Source of the DNA: Octopus sinensis
Lineage: Eukaryota
Assembly (NCBI RefSeq): GCF_006345805.1
Contig: NC_042997.1
Span: 149,544,001-149,608,000 of the forward strand
Length of the DNA: 64,000 bases
Direction of reading: 5' to 3'
Under the pieces are notes generated by a model. The model ran no database searches. It saw only the letters and a list, made by a program, of their open reading frames with translations, and was not told where the DNA came from. Below, piece by piece: positions 12,760 through 26,100 of this stretch (its first letter is position 1; each line of letters begins with the position of its first letter). The translations under genes and the position numbers were made by a program.

Positions 12760-13165
12760 TCATGGATGGTTTCAAACGTAGTGTTTGTATAAAAGAACTG
12801 AAAAGAAGTTCAAAATTCCCAACAGCTGTTTCAGGAATAACTTGTTGGTGCATACTTAGATTACACGAAGGCACACCATAATCAGGTAAATTTCAAACAA
12901 CAAATAAATCAAAATGATAGTTAGAAATCAAGGCTGACTAACTTAGCAACTTCATAGCGACTTCTTTTTCCAGGTAGTTTCTGAGGTAGTCAACACCTGC
13001 TCCTTCCCTACATGGTTGTTTCTTCAATGCTTAAATTTTCCCTTATGTTGAGGGGTATATACCATGATGTAATTTAAGAATGCATCAATGAGATGCTGCC
13101 GAAACAGCTGCTGGGAATTTAGAACCTCACATTTTTATACATGCAATATAAATTGAATCATCCCC
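12760..13165. mobile_element. Old foldback/MITE-like element
   Basis: ~85 bp imperfect inverted repeat 12785-12878 vs 13058-13143 (core AAATTCCCAACAGCTGTTTC / GAAACAGCTGCTGGGAATTT). Confidence 0.6.
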
Positions 13166-13526
13166 GAGTTGGACCTGCTGCATCTACTAGATCGGGTACA
13201 TAGGTGTATATGCATTTGTCTATGTGTATTTGTATATATGAATAGATAGATGTGAAAGTGTATATATGAATACATACAGCGTACAACCAACAAACAGCAA
13301 CATTAAGTCGCTCATGCTTATTGTAAGACCGGTAACGAGCTTACATGGCGTACTGCACGTTCAAATACCTAAATTCCAACGACTCCTGCAACTGAACACA
13401 CAATTACGCAGGCTTGCACACACACTCGCTTATGTATATAACGTCAGTATAACGCCCTTGTCATATTTAGTGACGATTATAGTTTTTTTCTTTTCCGTAA
13501 AACATTGCATACAATTGTCTATTTGA

Positions 13527-13569
<43 letters not shown>

Positions 13570-13774
13570 GTATGATAATATATAATAATAATAATAATAT
13601 TTATTCTCCGATTGGAAATGATGTACCAACCCAAGCCGGAATCGAACCCACGAATCAACGATAACACGGCTCTATACGCATCCGATTGCCAAACTTAATG
13701 AATATATACTTAACCTGTCTAATATTACATATAAGATTTCTATATACATAGTATATATATTTATATGCATATGT

Positions 13775-13805
<31 letters not shown>

Positions 13806-14696
13806 ATTAGATACAGAGAATGAATGTCTCTATCTACATATTTTTGCGAGATATGAAGGCATATTATTATCATTATTATTATTACTTGAACTTTTCATAT
13901 AAAGAAAAACCTGGTTTCTAACAAAGAAACACCACACGGCACAATGGCTGAAATATGTCAAGAAATGTGGAGACTAAAAGTTTGCAATTTAGAATACGTT
14001 TGCATTTATTTGCCTTCGTTCTCCTCATCCCTACGGAGGAAATCCCTATGGTTATAAACTGGATATGTATGCAGAATATACTATTGATATTTTGGTTAAT
14101 AAACAGATAGCGAATCGTTTACTAACCAATACTTCAATATCAGTAGAGAGTAGGTTAATATATCAAAAATATGATATCACTATATTTTCCGTAATCTTTC
14201 TAAATGAAGATCAATTTACAGAAAGAGGCATTCATCAATGATTCGCTTGTGTGTGTGTTTCATTTATTTCTAAAATGATATGAGTTCCGGCAATCTGGAA
14301 TGAAAATAAATATTTTAGATCACCTTTCATATGATCATTTGAATTATATATGAATATATGTGTAAATGTATAGTTATGTATGTACAAATATATGTAGTTA
14401 GATACAAATACACACACGCATTCATTAAACACCCACAATCAAGCCATACGCAAACACTCACACACATGTCATTGTTAATATAGACAACGACAGAAATTCA
14501 AGATTAATGAAATGGCACACTGCAACGCACTACAGTTACCAAAACGTTCGTCCTTTGCGTAGCGACCACTTTCATATATTACTCATAAAAGTCTTGCGTA
14601 TCACCCTACGTAGACGTCTTACGGGTTCATATTTACACACAAGTGCATGATCGCGCACACACAGTTACGTACGCACACTCTAACACGCATACACGC

Positions 14697-14750
<54 letters not shown>

Positions 14751-15302
14751 GTTTCTATAGATGTACAAGTATACATACATATATACATATATAAGTATAT
14801 CTATGTATATATATATATTGATAAAAATGGTATGACATCAAAAGAAAAAGAGAGAACTCGAATTTATGTGCTTATATAGACGTGGTTTACTCTTCGTATA
14901 CTCCCTTATGCCTTTTTCTGTATCATTACCCTTAACCCTGCTTTTTCTTGTGCTGTGCGTATATAGACGTGTGTATGAACCTTTATGACGCGTGTGTGTG
15001 TATGTGTGGGTTTGTATGTATATACATATATATTTGGCGAATGGTGAGAGTCGGGATGTGTACGTTTTCATGTGAGGGTGGTGAACTATACTCTTAGGTG
15101 CACGCACGTGGGTATGCGGGCGCGCATGTGTAGGTATGAACAGGCGCGCTTACATGAATACTATGAACTTTTTTTACCCTTTACTTTTACTCCCTCCTCT
15201 TACTTAGCGGTCATTCAAATAGCTCTTTTGTCTTAATAACAGTGAATCACACAGTAATTTCCCTTCGTATAACGGTCATTGTTCATAGCATATTTCTGAT
15301 GG

Positions 15303-15372
15303 CCCGATAACTGAAGAGATGGCGGCGTGGTTTGTCCACCTCGGCATCCGAAGCTCGGAGTTTTATCATGGG
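15303..15372 (+). ncRNA. Decayed type I hammerhead ribozyme motif (Penelope-type)
   Basis: Stem I GATAA/TTATC, core CTGAAGA, long stem II with inner GTGG/CCAC, GAAG in place of GAAA, stem III CTC/GAG, site GTT. Confidence 0.55.
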
Positions 15373-15592
15373 TACCGAATAATTGTCACATATTACACTA
15401 ATATATATATTAGTGTAATATATATATATATATATTAGTGTAATATATACATGTATATATATATATACCTACATATATATACATATACGTCAGCATGTAT
15501 AAGTATATATAAAATACACACACATACGAACACATAACCACACACAAACATACATATATAAAGCTTATATATACAAATACTTAAACGTAGTA

Positions 15593-15633
<41 letters not shown>

Positions 15634-16175
15634 TATATATATATGTATGTATTTTTATGCCCATACACTCATACACACTCACATATGTGTGTGTGTATCA
15701 ATTCTTATTTTTGTATTGCTTACGCATATTGTTCTCTTTATATTATGAAACATTCTATGCATGTAATACTTTAATTGTATTTTATTTATTCTTTTTTATT
15801 TGACCAATCCACCCTAGAAGTTTTATGGATTTCATTTTAATTATAACATCATGAGTCACTTCTGCGAATATTAGTTTCTGTTATTTCATACTACAATTCT
15901 ATGAATGATTTCATACGGTATTGCATACCGAAATCATGAAATAGAGAAATGCCTCCGCTGTACGTTATTGCAATATTTCAATATTATTATTTGTCTACTG
16001 AAGTACAATATTTGGAAATACGTTAACGTTTATCATTAATAAACTACGATATTTAAACACTGATGATACAGCTGCACATAAATCACTGATATTCCAGCAA
16101 TATATTGAAATATTATACCCTATTCGAAAGGAGAATTAAAATAGGATAATGATATTGCATCTTATCTTACAAGCT

Positions 16176-16540
16176 GGTGCAGGCATGGCTGTATGTTAAG
16201 TAGGTTCCTTCCCAATCATATGGTTCCGGTTTCAAAGCCTTGTGAGTGGAATTGGTTGACAGAAACTGAAAGAAGTTTTTCATTTGTCTGTTATATATGC
16301 ATGAATACATGTATTGCCCTCCCCACCACAAGCGTTTGGCAACCGGTTTTAGTGGGTTTATGTGAACATAATTCACTAGTTGAGAAAAAGATATCGATAC
16401 AATAAGTACAAGGGTCGAAAATAGGGAAAAAAAATTAAAACTTACTCAGGTCGATTAGTTCGATAAAAAGTTCTTCAAGGTAGTGCCCCAGTATGGCCGT
16501 AGTATAATGACTGAAATAAGTAAATAATAAAGGATAAAAT
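16176..16540 (+). mobile_element. SINE family 1, internally deleted
   Basis: GGTGCAGGCATGGCTG head, GCCTTGTGAGTGGA.TTGG, tail GTGCCCCAGTATGGCCGTAGTATAATGACTGAAATAAGTAA. Confidence 0.85.
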
Positions 16541-16864
16541 ATAAAGCAAACACGCGAGTCTAAGAAATTTTCGCAACGTGTTGATTTGACCTACTAAACG
16601 TAACATCGGAATCTCAGAATTTACGCACATATGTTTGAATAGTGTGAGGGTCAATGTTATGCAGAAATGAAGGTGCGTTCACTGCTAAATGCTAAAATCT
16701 ATACAGCTATAAATTCCATGGCATATCATTGCATAAAAAACTACTTCCATTAACTAACACAACTTGCCATTAAGATAGAAAAGGCTGCGAGGCAATTTTC
16801 AAAACTAAATTATAAAAAAATGTCAGCCAAAATATTGGTTTAAAATTTTGCCACAAGGACAGTT

Positions 16865-17000
16865 CTCGATTGGTAATTATTTTATCGACTCCGGTTGAAT
16901 GAAAGATAACGTCATGCTTAGCGACATATGAACTCAGAATGTAAAGACGGACGGAATATCGCAAAGCATTTTTATCGGTATGCTAATGATTCAGACATAT
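16865..17000 (-). mobile_element. SINE family 3 fragment
   Basis: Reverse complement of the AAGGCGGCGAGCTGGCAGAA family seen at 50419. Confidence 0.65.
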
Positions 17001-17494
17001 CCAAAATATCAAGATATAATACTTTAAACGATTACTTTATGGTATGTAAGTAATTAATAAATGAAATGACTAACAACGTAGCATTCATCATAGCTAAAAT
17101 TATATTAAATGATATGACCATATGTATTTCTAAGGAAGAGTACGATAGAGGCAGAATGCCCAAATTATATATATCATAGAATAACATGGAACACAGCTAC
17201 TTGTAATGTGTCGGCAGCTAGTCAGAAAGAGATTTATTAAGAAAGAAAAGTATAGTCTATTTCAGGACGATATTTCTTTTCACATATTTTCTGTCCCTAA
17301 ATTTACCAGTAATAATACTCATATTATGCTTCAGTTCTTTTGTGGAACTATATTCATGGAAGATTCATAGCTCTTTAGAAATTTTCGTTTTGTATGTAAT
17401 ATTACTAGACTGATTAATGTTTTTTATTGATTTCTATTAGATTTTGTATTGATTTTTATTAGATTTCTAATTGCAGCTATGGGTCCATGAAGAT

Positions 17495-17527
17495 ATGAAG
17501 ACATTTCTGCAAATTTTCTTCTTGTGG
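17495..17527 (+). CDS. Candidate coding exon (exon 17477-17527), MKTFLQIFFLW
   Basis: Acceptor TTTCTAATTGCAG, donor TGG|GTAAAT; 51-nt exon open in phase 0; hydrophobic C-end continues into exon 28769. Confidence 0.5.
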
Positions 17528-17697
17528 GTAAATAATCCTTGAGTACTTATGGATACTGAGTATTAAAAGTAATGAATATTAAACCTAACACACACACACA
17601 CGTACACACACTTTAGCATTGACGAAGGAGTGAATATAATTGTACTTGTAGATGTCTATTTATCGTTTCATATCGAGAAGGCTGAGAGGTATATGTA

Positions 17698-17750
17698 TAC
17701 AGCTTTGGTCAAAAGTAACCTGACAGTAAATCAAAACCATTTAATCCCAA
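17698..17750 (+). mobile_element. Single TIR fragment of the Tc1-type MITE family
   Basis: TACAGCTTTGGTCAAAAGTAACCTGACAGTAAATCAAAACC matches the termini of 50731-50959. Confidence 0.75.
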
Positions 17751-17814
17751 AACAAAAAAATATAAAACAAATATATATATACATACATATGTGTGTGTGT
17801 GTGACCGCGTGTGC

Positions 17815-18005
17815 ATCGTTGGAGATTTTTTTCCTCCGTCTTCCCTTCCTTGCATCTTTCCTTTTTCTATGTTTCTGACGAAGAGCTCCGCTCGAAGCGT
17901 TAAATCCTCCTTCGTTCTTTCCTTTCTTGAGCGCCCAATAACACTATACTTGTTCCACGTCCTCGCGTTGTTGTGTTTTCTCTTTGTGTTTTCATGTTTG
18001 GATTA
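17815..18005 (+). mobile_element. Penelope-type terminal repeat with hammerhead-like motif
   Basis: GTTT CTGACGA A GAGC TCC GCTC GAAGC GTT AAAT at 17871-17905. Confidence 0.55.
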
Positions 18006-18010
18006 ACTTT

Positions 18011-18066
<56 letters not shown>

Positions 18067-18231
18067 GTATATATATATGTATATATATATGTATATATAT
18101 GTATATATATGCATATATGTGAGTATATATAAATATACATGCATATATTCAGGGAGAAAGTGTGAGATAAATAAATAAAATAGCAATGAGAGAAAGAAAG
18201 AGAAACAGACAAACAGGCAGATAGATAAATA

Positions 18232-18423
<192 letters not shown>

Positions 18424-20239
18424 TTAAATTGGCGTAGTTGGAGAATAGAGCTTTGAACTTAGTCATTATTGCTATACTTCAGCCTTATTTATACTTGTAG
18501 CATCTCAAACATCAGTTTTAATCAAAGTAGAAGTTCTGAAGGTGTTTTGCGACATGGCAGTAAGCGATGGGGAACTGATATTAAAATATCGACCAAAAAA
18601 TGTTATGTTTCCAGTAGCGAAAACATGTGTCTATATCACATGATGACAATAAATATGCTGAAGCATTTTCTTTATGTGGACTGTTTTGTTTTCAGCACCA
18701 ACACCTTTCCAAATGGAAGAACGATACTGCATGGTGGTTTGATCTGATATTTTTAGTTTGTAGAGACTGTATTGTAATATCTCCGGAAACTTAAATCAAA
18801 TTCCAGGCGCTGGAATGTGTCCCTGTGATGAGGATAGGCTTTAAGAAAACTTAGGTGATAGTTTGATCTATCGGATAGTAATGATTTCAAAGTTTGCACA
18901 AGACCAGTAAATTCGGCGATTGATATTAGTCGAGAACAACGACCAGTGGTGAACTCGTACCTATTTTAGCGATCCTGAAACACGCCAAAAACACTTTTCC
19001 CGGCATGCTAACGATTTTACTTATAAAATATTCCAATAATATTTAAAAGTTCTATTGGGAGAATCTCATGATGAACGGATGCGATGCGATCTTATTTTAT
19101 TGATATAAGTATTGTTTGTGTTTTCCGGCTGCGGAAAGATACAAAATTACTTCCTACCCATTGACGTTTCTCTGTTTATGCTATGTGTTGGGATTCGGCG
19201 TGGGATGGGCGTCAAGCTGCAAAAATATGTATAATTAGAAAGTCTGAAGGGCAAGTGAAGGGTTACGTCATTTGCGTAAGACAAGGCGTGATTAAACCTG
19301 AAAGAATGTAGGTACACTATTGATGTATAGATAGAAGAATGCGTGGTAAAAGTACAGCCCTAGAGAAGGCTGAAGCCGATAGCATAGGAATCAGAAAGCG
19401 ACCCGTGAAACCAAGCAATGATAGGTTGAGCTTCTTTGAAGCAAATACCCTTGCAAATTCGATATGTAATTTCCATGTCACGCTCGGTCGAAATTTTGCT
19501 GATTACGAGGAAGATTCCATCGCTTTCAATAAATTATTCAATGAGGAGAACGTTTATGAGGAGAGAAGAGTGGGTATATAGGTGATCACATGTGTATGCA
19601 TTGTGTGCGCGTGGGCTTTTATGTGTGTGATCATGTCTATGCATACTTATGAACACATACTCGCACACTTACACATATATGTGTATATATGAGGCTTCTG
19701 CTCACGAGACTATGCGAAACAGCCTGGAATTTGAAGTCATATCCATTTCCCAAATGAAATAAATTACACTCTATGCAACTCTTCAGTTCTATCATCGGCA
19801 AATGCTTGCTATATTCCACTTAGCAACAATAAAATTAATTTAGAGATGGGGAGCAGAGGGAGAGAGAAAGAGAGGGCTGTGTGAAGTGATAAAGTGCGGA
19901 AGAAAGGGAAGTAATTGAGAGATAATATTTTTAATGTCGATTTATAGATAGATTGAGTTATCTATAGATATAGCCGAGCAAAGATATACATGTACATACG
20001 TAGATCCAGGGGCCTGGATCTGCAGAAAATCAGACACACGACTGGGCGCACACGTACTCTAGCACTCTTTCACTCTCTCTCTCTCTCTCTTTTCTTACAC
20101 TCCTCTCTCTCTCTCTCTCTCTCTTCTCACACTCTCTGTCACACGCCCAACACACAAAGACATATATACGTATGGAAATATATACATAAATATACAGATA
20201 AATAGACGGGAACATAGTAATAGACAAATAAAGAGATTG

Positions 20240-20241
20240 AC

Positions 20242-20307
<66 letters not shown>

Positions 20308-20335
20308 GTAGATATATATATATATATATATATAT

Positions 20336-20423
<88 letters not shown>

Positions 20424-20513
20424 ACAGACAGTCAGACAGGCAGAAAGGCACACTAACAGACAAATATATTGGTTGATAGGTTGATAGATAGGCCGATCAA
20501 CCGACCGATAGTT

Positions 20514-20560
<47 letters not shown>

Positions 20561-20688
20561 AACAGATAGTTGCATAAGATATAGATAGGTAGCTAGATAT
20601 CTCACCAGCTAGCTAGCTAGATAGATAGATAATAGATAGATAGTTAGATAGATAGATATATAATAGATAGATAGTTAGATAGATAAAT

Positions 20689-20735
<47 letters not shown>
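20240..20735. repeat. Compound (ATAG)n/(AT)n/(GA)n microsatellite block
   Basis: Direct reading. Confidence 0.95.
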
Positions 20736-20739
<4 letters not shown>

Positions 20740-21318
20740 GGCGTACAGAGATGGCTTCATAGATGGTTATAATCCATGGTATACATGAATAGGTTTCATA
20801 TCAAACGCTTATAAATGTATATGGGATATGTGCAGGGAAAGATAAATCCGTTCCACACCCTACCATTTCTGAAACCCTTTAAAAGCCTCCTTAAATGGAA
20901 AGTTTGCCCATGATTGATGTGATTTTCTAATTATCGGTTTAATGTTTTCCTTTTTAAAAATATAATCCTTTTCAATTTTACATGCTACCTTTATTTTTCT
21001 ATACAAACGTTCAATTGTTTAAATCGTTTCAGAACATTCCAAACGGTTCTCATATATAACATATCAATATATGACGGGTTGTTTGTGAAGCCTCAAGTGT
21101 TGAATATATATGTGTATGTGTGAGTGTGTGTCTATGTGTTTATTATGCGAGCGTGTGTATGATCCTTTCATCAACATATGTGTACATATACCTATATATA
21201 CATATATGTAACTACGTAAATGCATTTGTGCATATATATATGTTGGTTATTGTACACACATACATACATGCATAAATACATATATACACATATATATACC
21301 TATGTATATATATATGTA

Positions 21319-21355
<37 letters not shown>

Positions 21356-21371
21356 TATATATATATATATA

Positions 21372-21413
<42 letters not shown>

Positions 21414-22504
21414 TACATATCTCTAATCTCTAATTGTGAACGTGTGTATGCGTGCAGATGTTCTGCGATGTTCATGCGTGTATCTTCTTTTGAATCAGCA
21501 CTGCATGAATATATAATAATATATATTAACTCTTCTTTTAACAATGATGTCGCAACGCCCAACACCATCTCAACCATCATTATCTCTCTTTACACAAACG
21601 AAATCATTTTGCAAATGAAATATTTATTCCAATGGTTGACATAGCTTGTTCAATATTACTTGCTTAATGCAATGTAACAATGTTACAATTCATAATTGGT
21701 TTAAAGCGAATAACGTTTTTTGCGTATGATAAACCTGCCAGAGAGAATTAATAAACTATTGTTTCACTGCGAAGAGAAATCGATGGAAACATTATCACAT
21801 TTGTATTTAGATATATGGTGTAAAATTATGATGATAAAAATCTATCTAATAGAATTTTAGATTTAAAAAGGCAACAGAATAAAATTTTATATTTCACGGT
21901 TTCTTTTATTTATTTTTTATTTTAATTTTTTTTATAATTCTACATGTTTGTTTATACATTTTAATTCCGCTTCTTTTGTTCAGAATTCCAGCTTTATTAT
22001 TTTCATGTATTGTTCTGAGATTTAGAAGAATTTTGTTAAGCGATATGTGAGTGATATCTTTAATAACCAAATGTGTTTAAGTCAGAGCATCTATCTTTCT
22101 GTTAATCTATCTATCAGTCTATTTATTTATCTATCACTGCAGAAAAACAAACAAGCGCAAAAACACATACTCACACACACACATATACATACAGTAGACA
22201 GGCAGACTGACATACCGGAAGACAGACAGATAGATACATAGATAGAGTAAGTGATGTAGTGATAGAGGGATAGTTCTATTGATAGCTATTGTATGTATGT
22301 ATGTAAGTATATATGTATGTAAATATGCTGTATGTGTGTGCATGTATGTGTGTATATATGTACATGCACATACATGCACACGTACACACATATATTTACA
22401 TATTAGTAGAAGTGAGTGCGTGTGCGTCTGTATGTGTAATCATATATGTATTCGTGTGTGACTGTCTCTCTTTCTCTCCCTCTTTCTCTCTCTCTCTCTA
22501 TCTC

Positions 22505-22536
<32 letters not shown>

Positions 22537-22562
22537 TATATATATATATATATATACATACA

Positions 22563-22730
22563 TAGGCGCAGTTATGAGTGTGTGCTAAGAAGATTGCTTC
22601 CCGACCACATGGTTTCAGCTTCAGTTCTGCTCCGTGGCACCTTCGGCAAGTGTCTTCTAATATAATCTCGAGCCGACTAAAGTCTTGTGAGTGGATTTGG
22701 TAGGCGGAAACAAAGAAGAAACGTCGTATT
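22563..22730 (+). mobile_element. SINE family 1, 5' half
   Basis: TAGGCGCAG head, GTGGCACCTTCGGCAAGTGTCTTCT, TTGTGAGTGGATTTGGTAG. Confidence 0.85.
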
Positions 22731-22800
22731 TACATGTATATATTATACGTGTGTGTGTATATGCATTTGTACATGTATTGATGTATATATGTATATATAT

Positions 22801-22835
<35 letters not shown>

Positions 22836-22843
22836 CACATACA

Positions 22844-22885
<42 letters not shown>

Positions 22886-24316
22886 GCATATACATATACA
22901 TATACTTATAAATATAAATATTCATACCCGTTGTTTTATGTGTTATATATGAATTTTAACTTATTACCAAATATTGTGAATTATATGATTCATTTAATAC
23001 GTTGTCTCTATGACTGCAGCTCGGAGTTTCCCCACAAGGTTGCATGCTACATTTGCAGAGTTATTACTTGCTGCCTTGAAATCATACACAGCCCTTAATA
23101 AGCATGCGTTGTTAATTAAATAGAAAATTTTGAATGATTTAAATATATTTCCAAGTGATATTCAGTATACTTTAGAGCCTGTCGAGACAAATTTGAAGGC
23201 TGAGCCATTTTTTTAATAAAAATTATCAGCATGCGTTTAAAAAATATAGCTTGCTACATTAAAACTGTTACGATTCCTTAGGTACGTAAGGTTTACTTTG
23301 CGTCGTTAATACTTGCAGTTTATTGTCAAGATTTTGCCATTTAAAGGAGTTGGTTTTTCGGTATCAATATCATGTCGATGTTTTTTAACATACTTTCTGA
23401 ATTCAGGTTCAGTTGTAATACATGGATGTCGTTCTCGATAAAAGCATGCTTTACGCAATCGTATAATTAATAGAATTTTGTGCTAAATGCAACTGTTATT
23501 TATTTGCAAACCTTGATGAGCTAGGTGCAAATGTTACTTGGGTGTATTTACCTTCTATTTTTGTAGAGAGAATTAATATAACATGAGAACTTGAGTCAAT
23601 TAATCGGTTCAATCCATCTTTAATACAAGTGAAAACAGAACACATTATTATCCATGTGAGGTATTCTTTGAGAGATTAATGTAATCCACATGGGGATGAG
23701 TTTGTCTAAGAGAGGATGAGGTAAATCAAGAGAGGGAGAAGTTCAGAGTAAATAGGATCGAAGGCACGTGGCAGCTTGATCCTACGTAAACAATGTTTTT
23801 CTTGATATTTGTTAGTTATGAAGATATCATAACAAATTTGATGCCCCACATATACCTTCCAAAGATTGGATAGCGTTATAAACAGAAATGTACCAGTAAT
23901 TTACATTCTTGTGCAGCGGAGGAGAATCTAAGCAAATGTCAAATGTATGATGTCATTCGTTCCTCTATAGTTTAAGTAGGATGGAAAGCAATCCAATATT
24001 AAATGGTTGCCTTCAAAACCGACTGTCAATGAATCTGTTAGATATAGGACACAAATTTCCTTTAATTTTATTACTTAAACAGGTTAAAATGCAACCTGTT
24101 ATTAAATGTTTTTTCTCATGAACGGGGAAATATTTAGAAATTTACATAATTATCATAAAAAAATCCCAGAAATATGTCAAAATATTTGGTATGGAAGAAA
24201 AGAATGCTTTTTCTGGATGATATCAATTAACATTGATGAGATAAAAGTGCAAATGACTCACCCGCCCACCTTTTATGCTTGTGTGTTGGTATATGAATCA
24301 GCAGACATATTATATA

Positions 24317-24656
24317 CTCTTACTCTTTTTACTCTTTTACTTGCTTCAGTCATTTGACTGCGACCATGCTGGAACACCGCCTTTAGTCGAGCAAATCGAC
24401 CCCAGGACTTATTCTTTGTAAGCCTAGTACTTATTCTGTCGGTCTCTTTTGGTGAACCGCTAGGTTACGGGGACGTAAACACATCAGCATCGGTTGTCAA
24501 GCAATGTTGGGGGGACAAACAGAGACACACAAACATATACACACACATACATATATACATATATACGACGGGCTTCATTCAGATTCCGTCTACCAAATCC
24601 ACTCACAAGGATTTGGTCGGCCCGAGGCTATAGTAGAAGGCACTTGCCCAAGGTGC
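24317..24656 (-). mobile_element. SINE family 1, 5'-truncated
   Basis: High similarity to 7584-7988. Confidence 0.92.
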
Positions 24657-25489
24657 ATAAACCAATTTTGATAAATATTACCAAAACCTATACTCTAATT
24701 ATCAATACATGTGTATACATGCATATATATATATACAGAGAGAGAGAGAGAGAGAATGAGAGAGAGAATGACAGAGAGAGAGAGAGGAGAGAGAGTGATA
24801 TACGCATACACATACATACATACATTTATATACACACACATATATATATATGTATTCATGTCTGCATAACTTATACTTCAGCATTCTGATTTAGGAGAGC
24901 ATTTAAAATATTCCCCATAATCTCAGCATTCAACAAAAACACATTAATGAAACATATAATCTTAATAAATAAACAATGAAATAATAAAGTATGCAATAAA
25001 AACAAATCACACCCTTGATATAGGACTGATATAACATATTTTCAGAAATAATTAACTCATAAAACTACATGCATTACATAAAGTTATAAATTAGCATTAC
25101 ATATTATACTATCAAACATCAAATAGTAATTCTAAGAATACACATGCAAAAGCTTTCGATGCTCTCAACAAATTTTAATTAACTGAAGCAAATTAGCAAA
25201 TCATAATGCTGTAAACTATAAAGTTATAAACTTCATAGCAATATTTATTGATCAGACACTGGCGATGAATTTTGTACAAGGAAACAATATAACATTTAAT
25301 TTTGAGACGAGCCGAAAGTTCAGACGTGATAGATTACAGAGTGCATATCAGTTGACCGCAGCGGTTGAAGCCGTGGAATGTACCCCCTGAGGTTGGTTGT
25401 TTCATGGATATTGGTGCGCTTATATATTGTGCATTGCTTCATTTCGTGTGTGATTTGAAAACGCACAGATGAACGTGAAACGGAGTCTA

Positions 25490-26100
25490 TTTGGGAATGT
25501 TATGCATTACAACTGGACCATTATGCTATGGAAACAGCCCAATCGATTTGTTGTGCGAAAGATGAAGGTGGTGTTTATCACAGTAGAGTAACCTGATGGT
25601 TTGAGAAGGTTCGCTCGGGCTCCAAGGGACTCGATGATCTGTTAAGGTCAGGTAGGCATAAAAACAGGAATTCCGAGGCCGTGCTCGAAGTCAGAGAGGA
25701 GAATACGGCGAGTAGCATTCGGAAAGTATCTGACGAGCTCAGCATACCACGCATGTATGATCCTGTGCAGCAAAATACCCGGCATTGTTTAACAGAGAGC
25801 GAACTCTTCTGCAGCAAGACAATGCAATACATCAACCGCTCGAATAACTGTATGAAGTCCTGGAACTTAAGGGGATCGGAATGGTGCCATACCCAGCACA
25901 TAGTCTAGGCCTAACACCGTCGGATAATCTATGCCTCACTTCTTGCGCTCGTGACGTTTCATCGACCAATAGAATGTGGAAGCTTCATTGAATGGGTTTT
26001 TCGCCAAGAAGAATAAGAACTGGTATCAACGTAGGATAAAAAAAAAACTGGCAGAAAGATAGCTTCAGACGGCGCAACAGATGGTCTCTACTTTGAATGA
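25490..26100 (+). mobile_element. Mariner transposase relic (internally deleted)
   Basis: Decayed HSRVT*WFEKVRSG..LDD..RSGR HTH, LLQQDNA, HSLGLTPSD (YSPDLAPSD), FFAKKNKNWYQRRI, DGLYFE*. Confidence 0.85.

Noticed and set aside
19339-19581. 80-aa ORF MRGKSTALEK...
   Set aside because: No convincing acceptor or family motif; the opposite strand is similarly open, consistent with local composition
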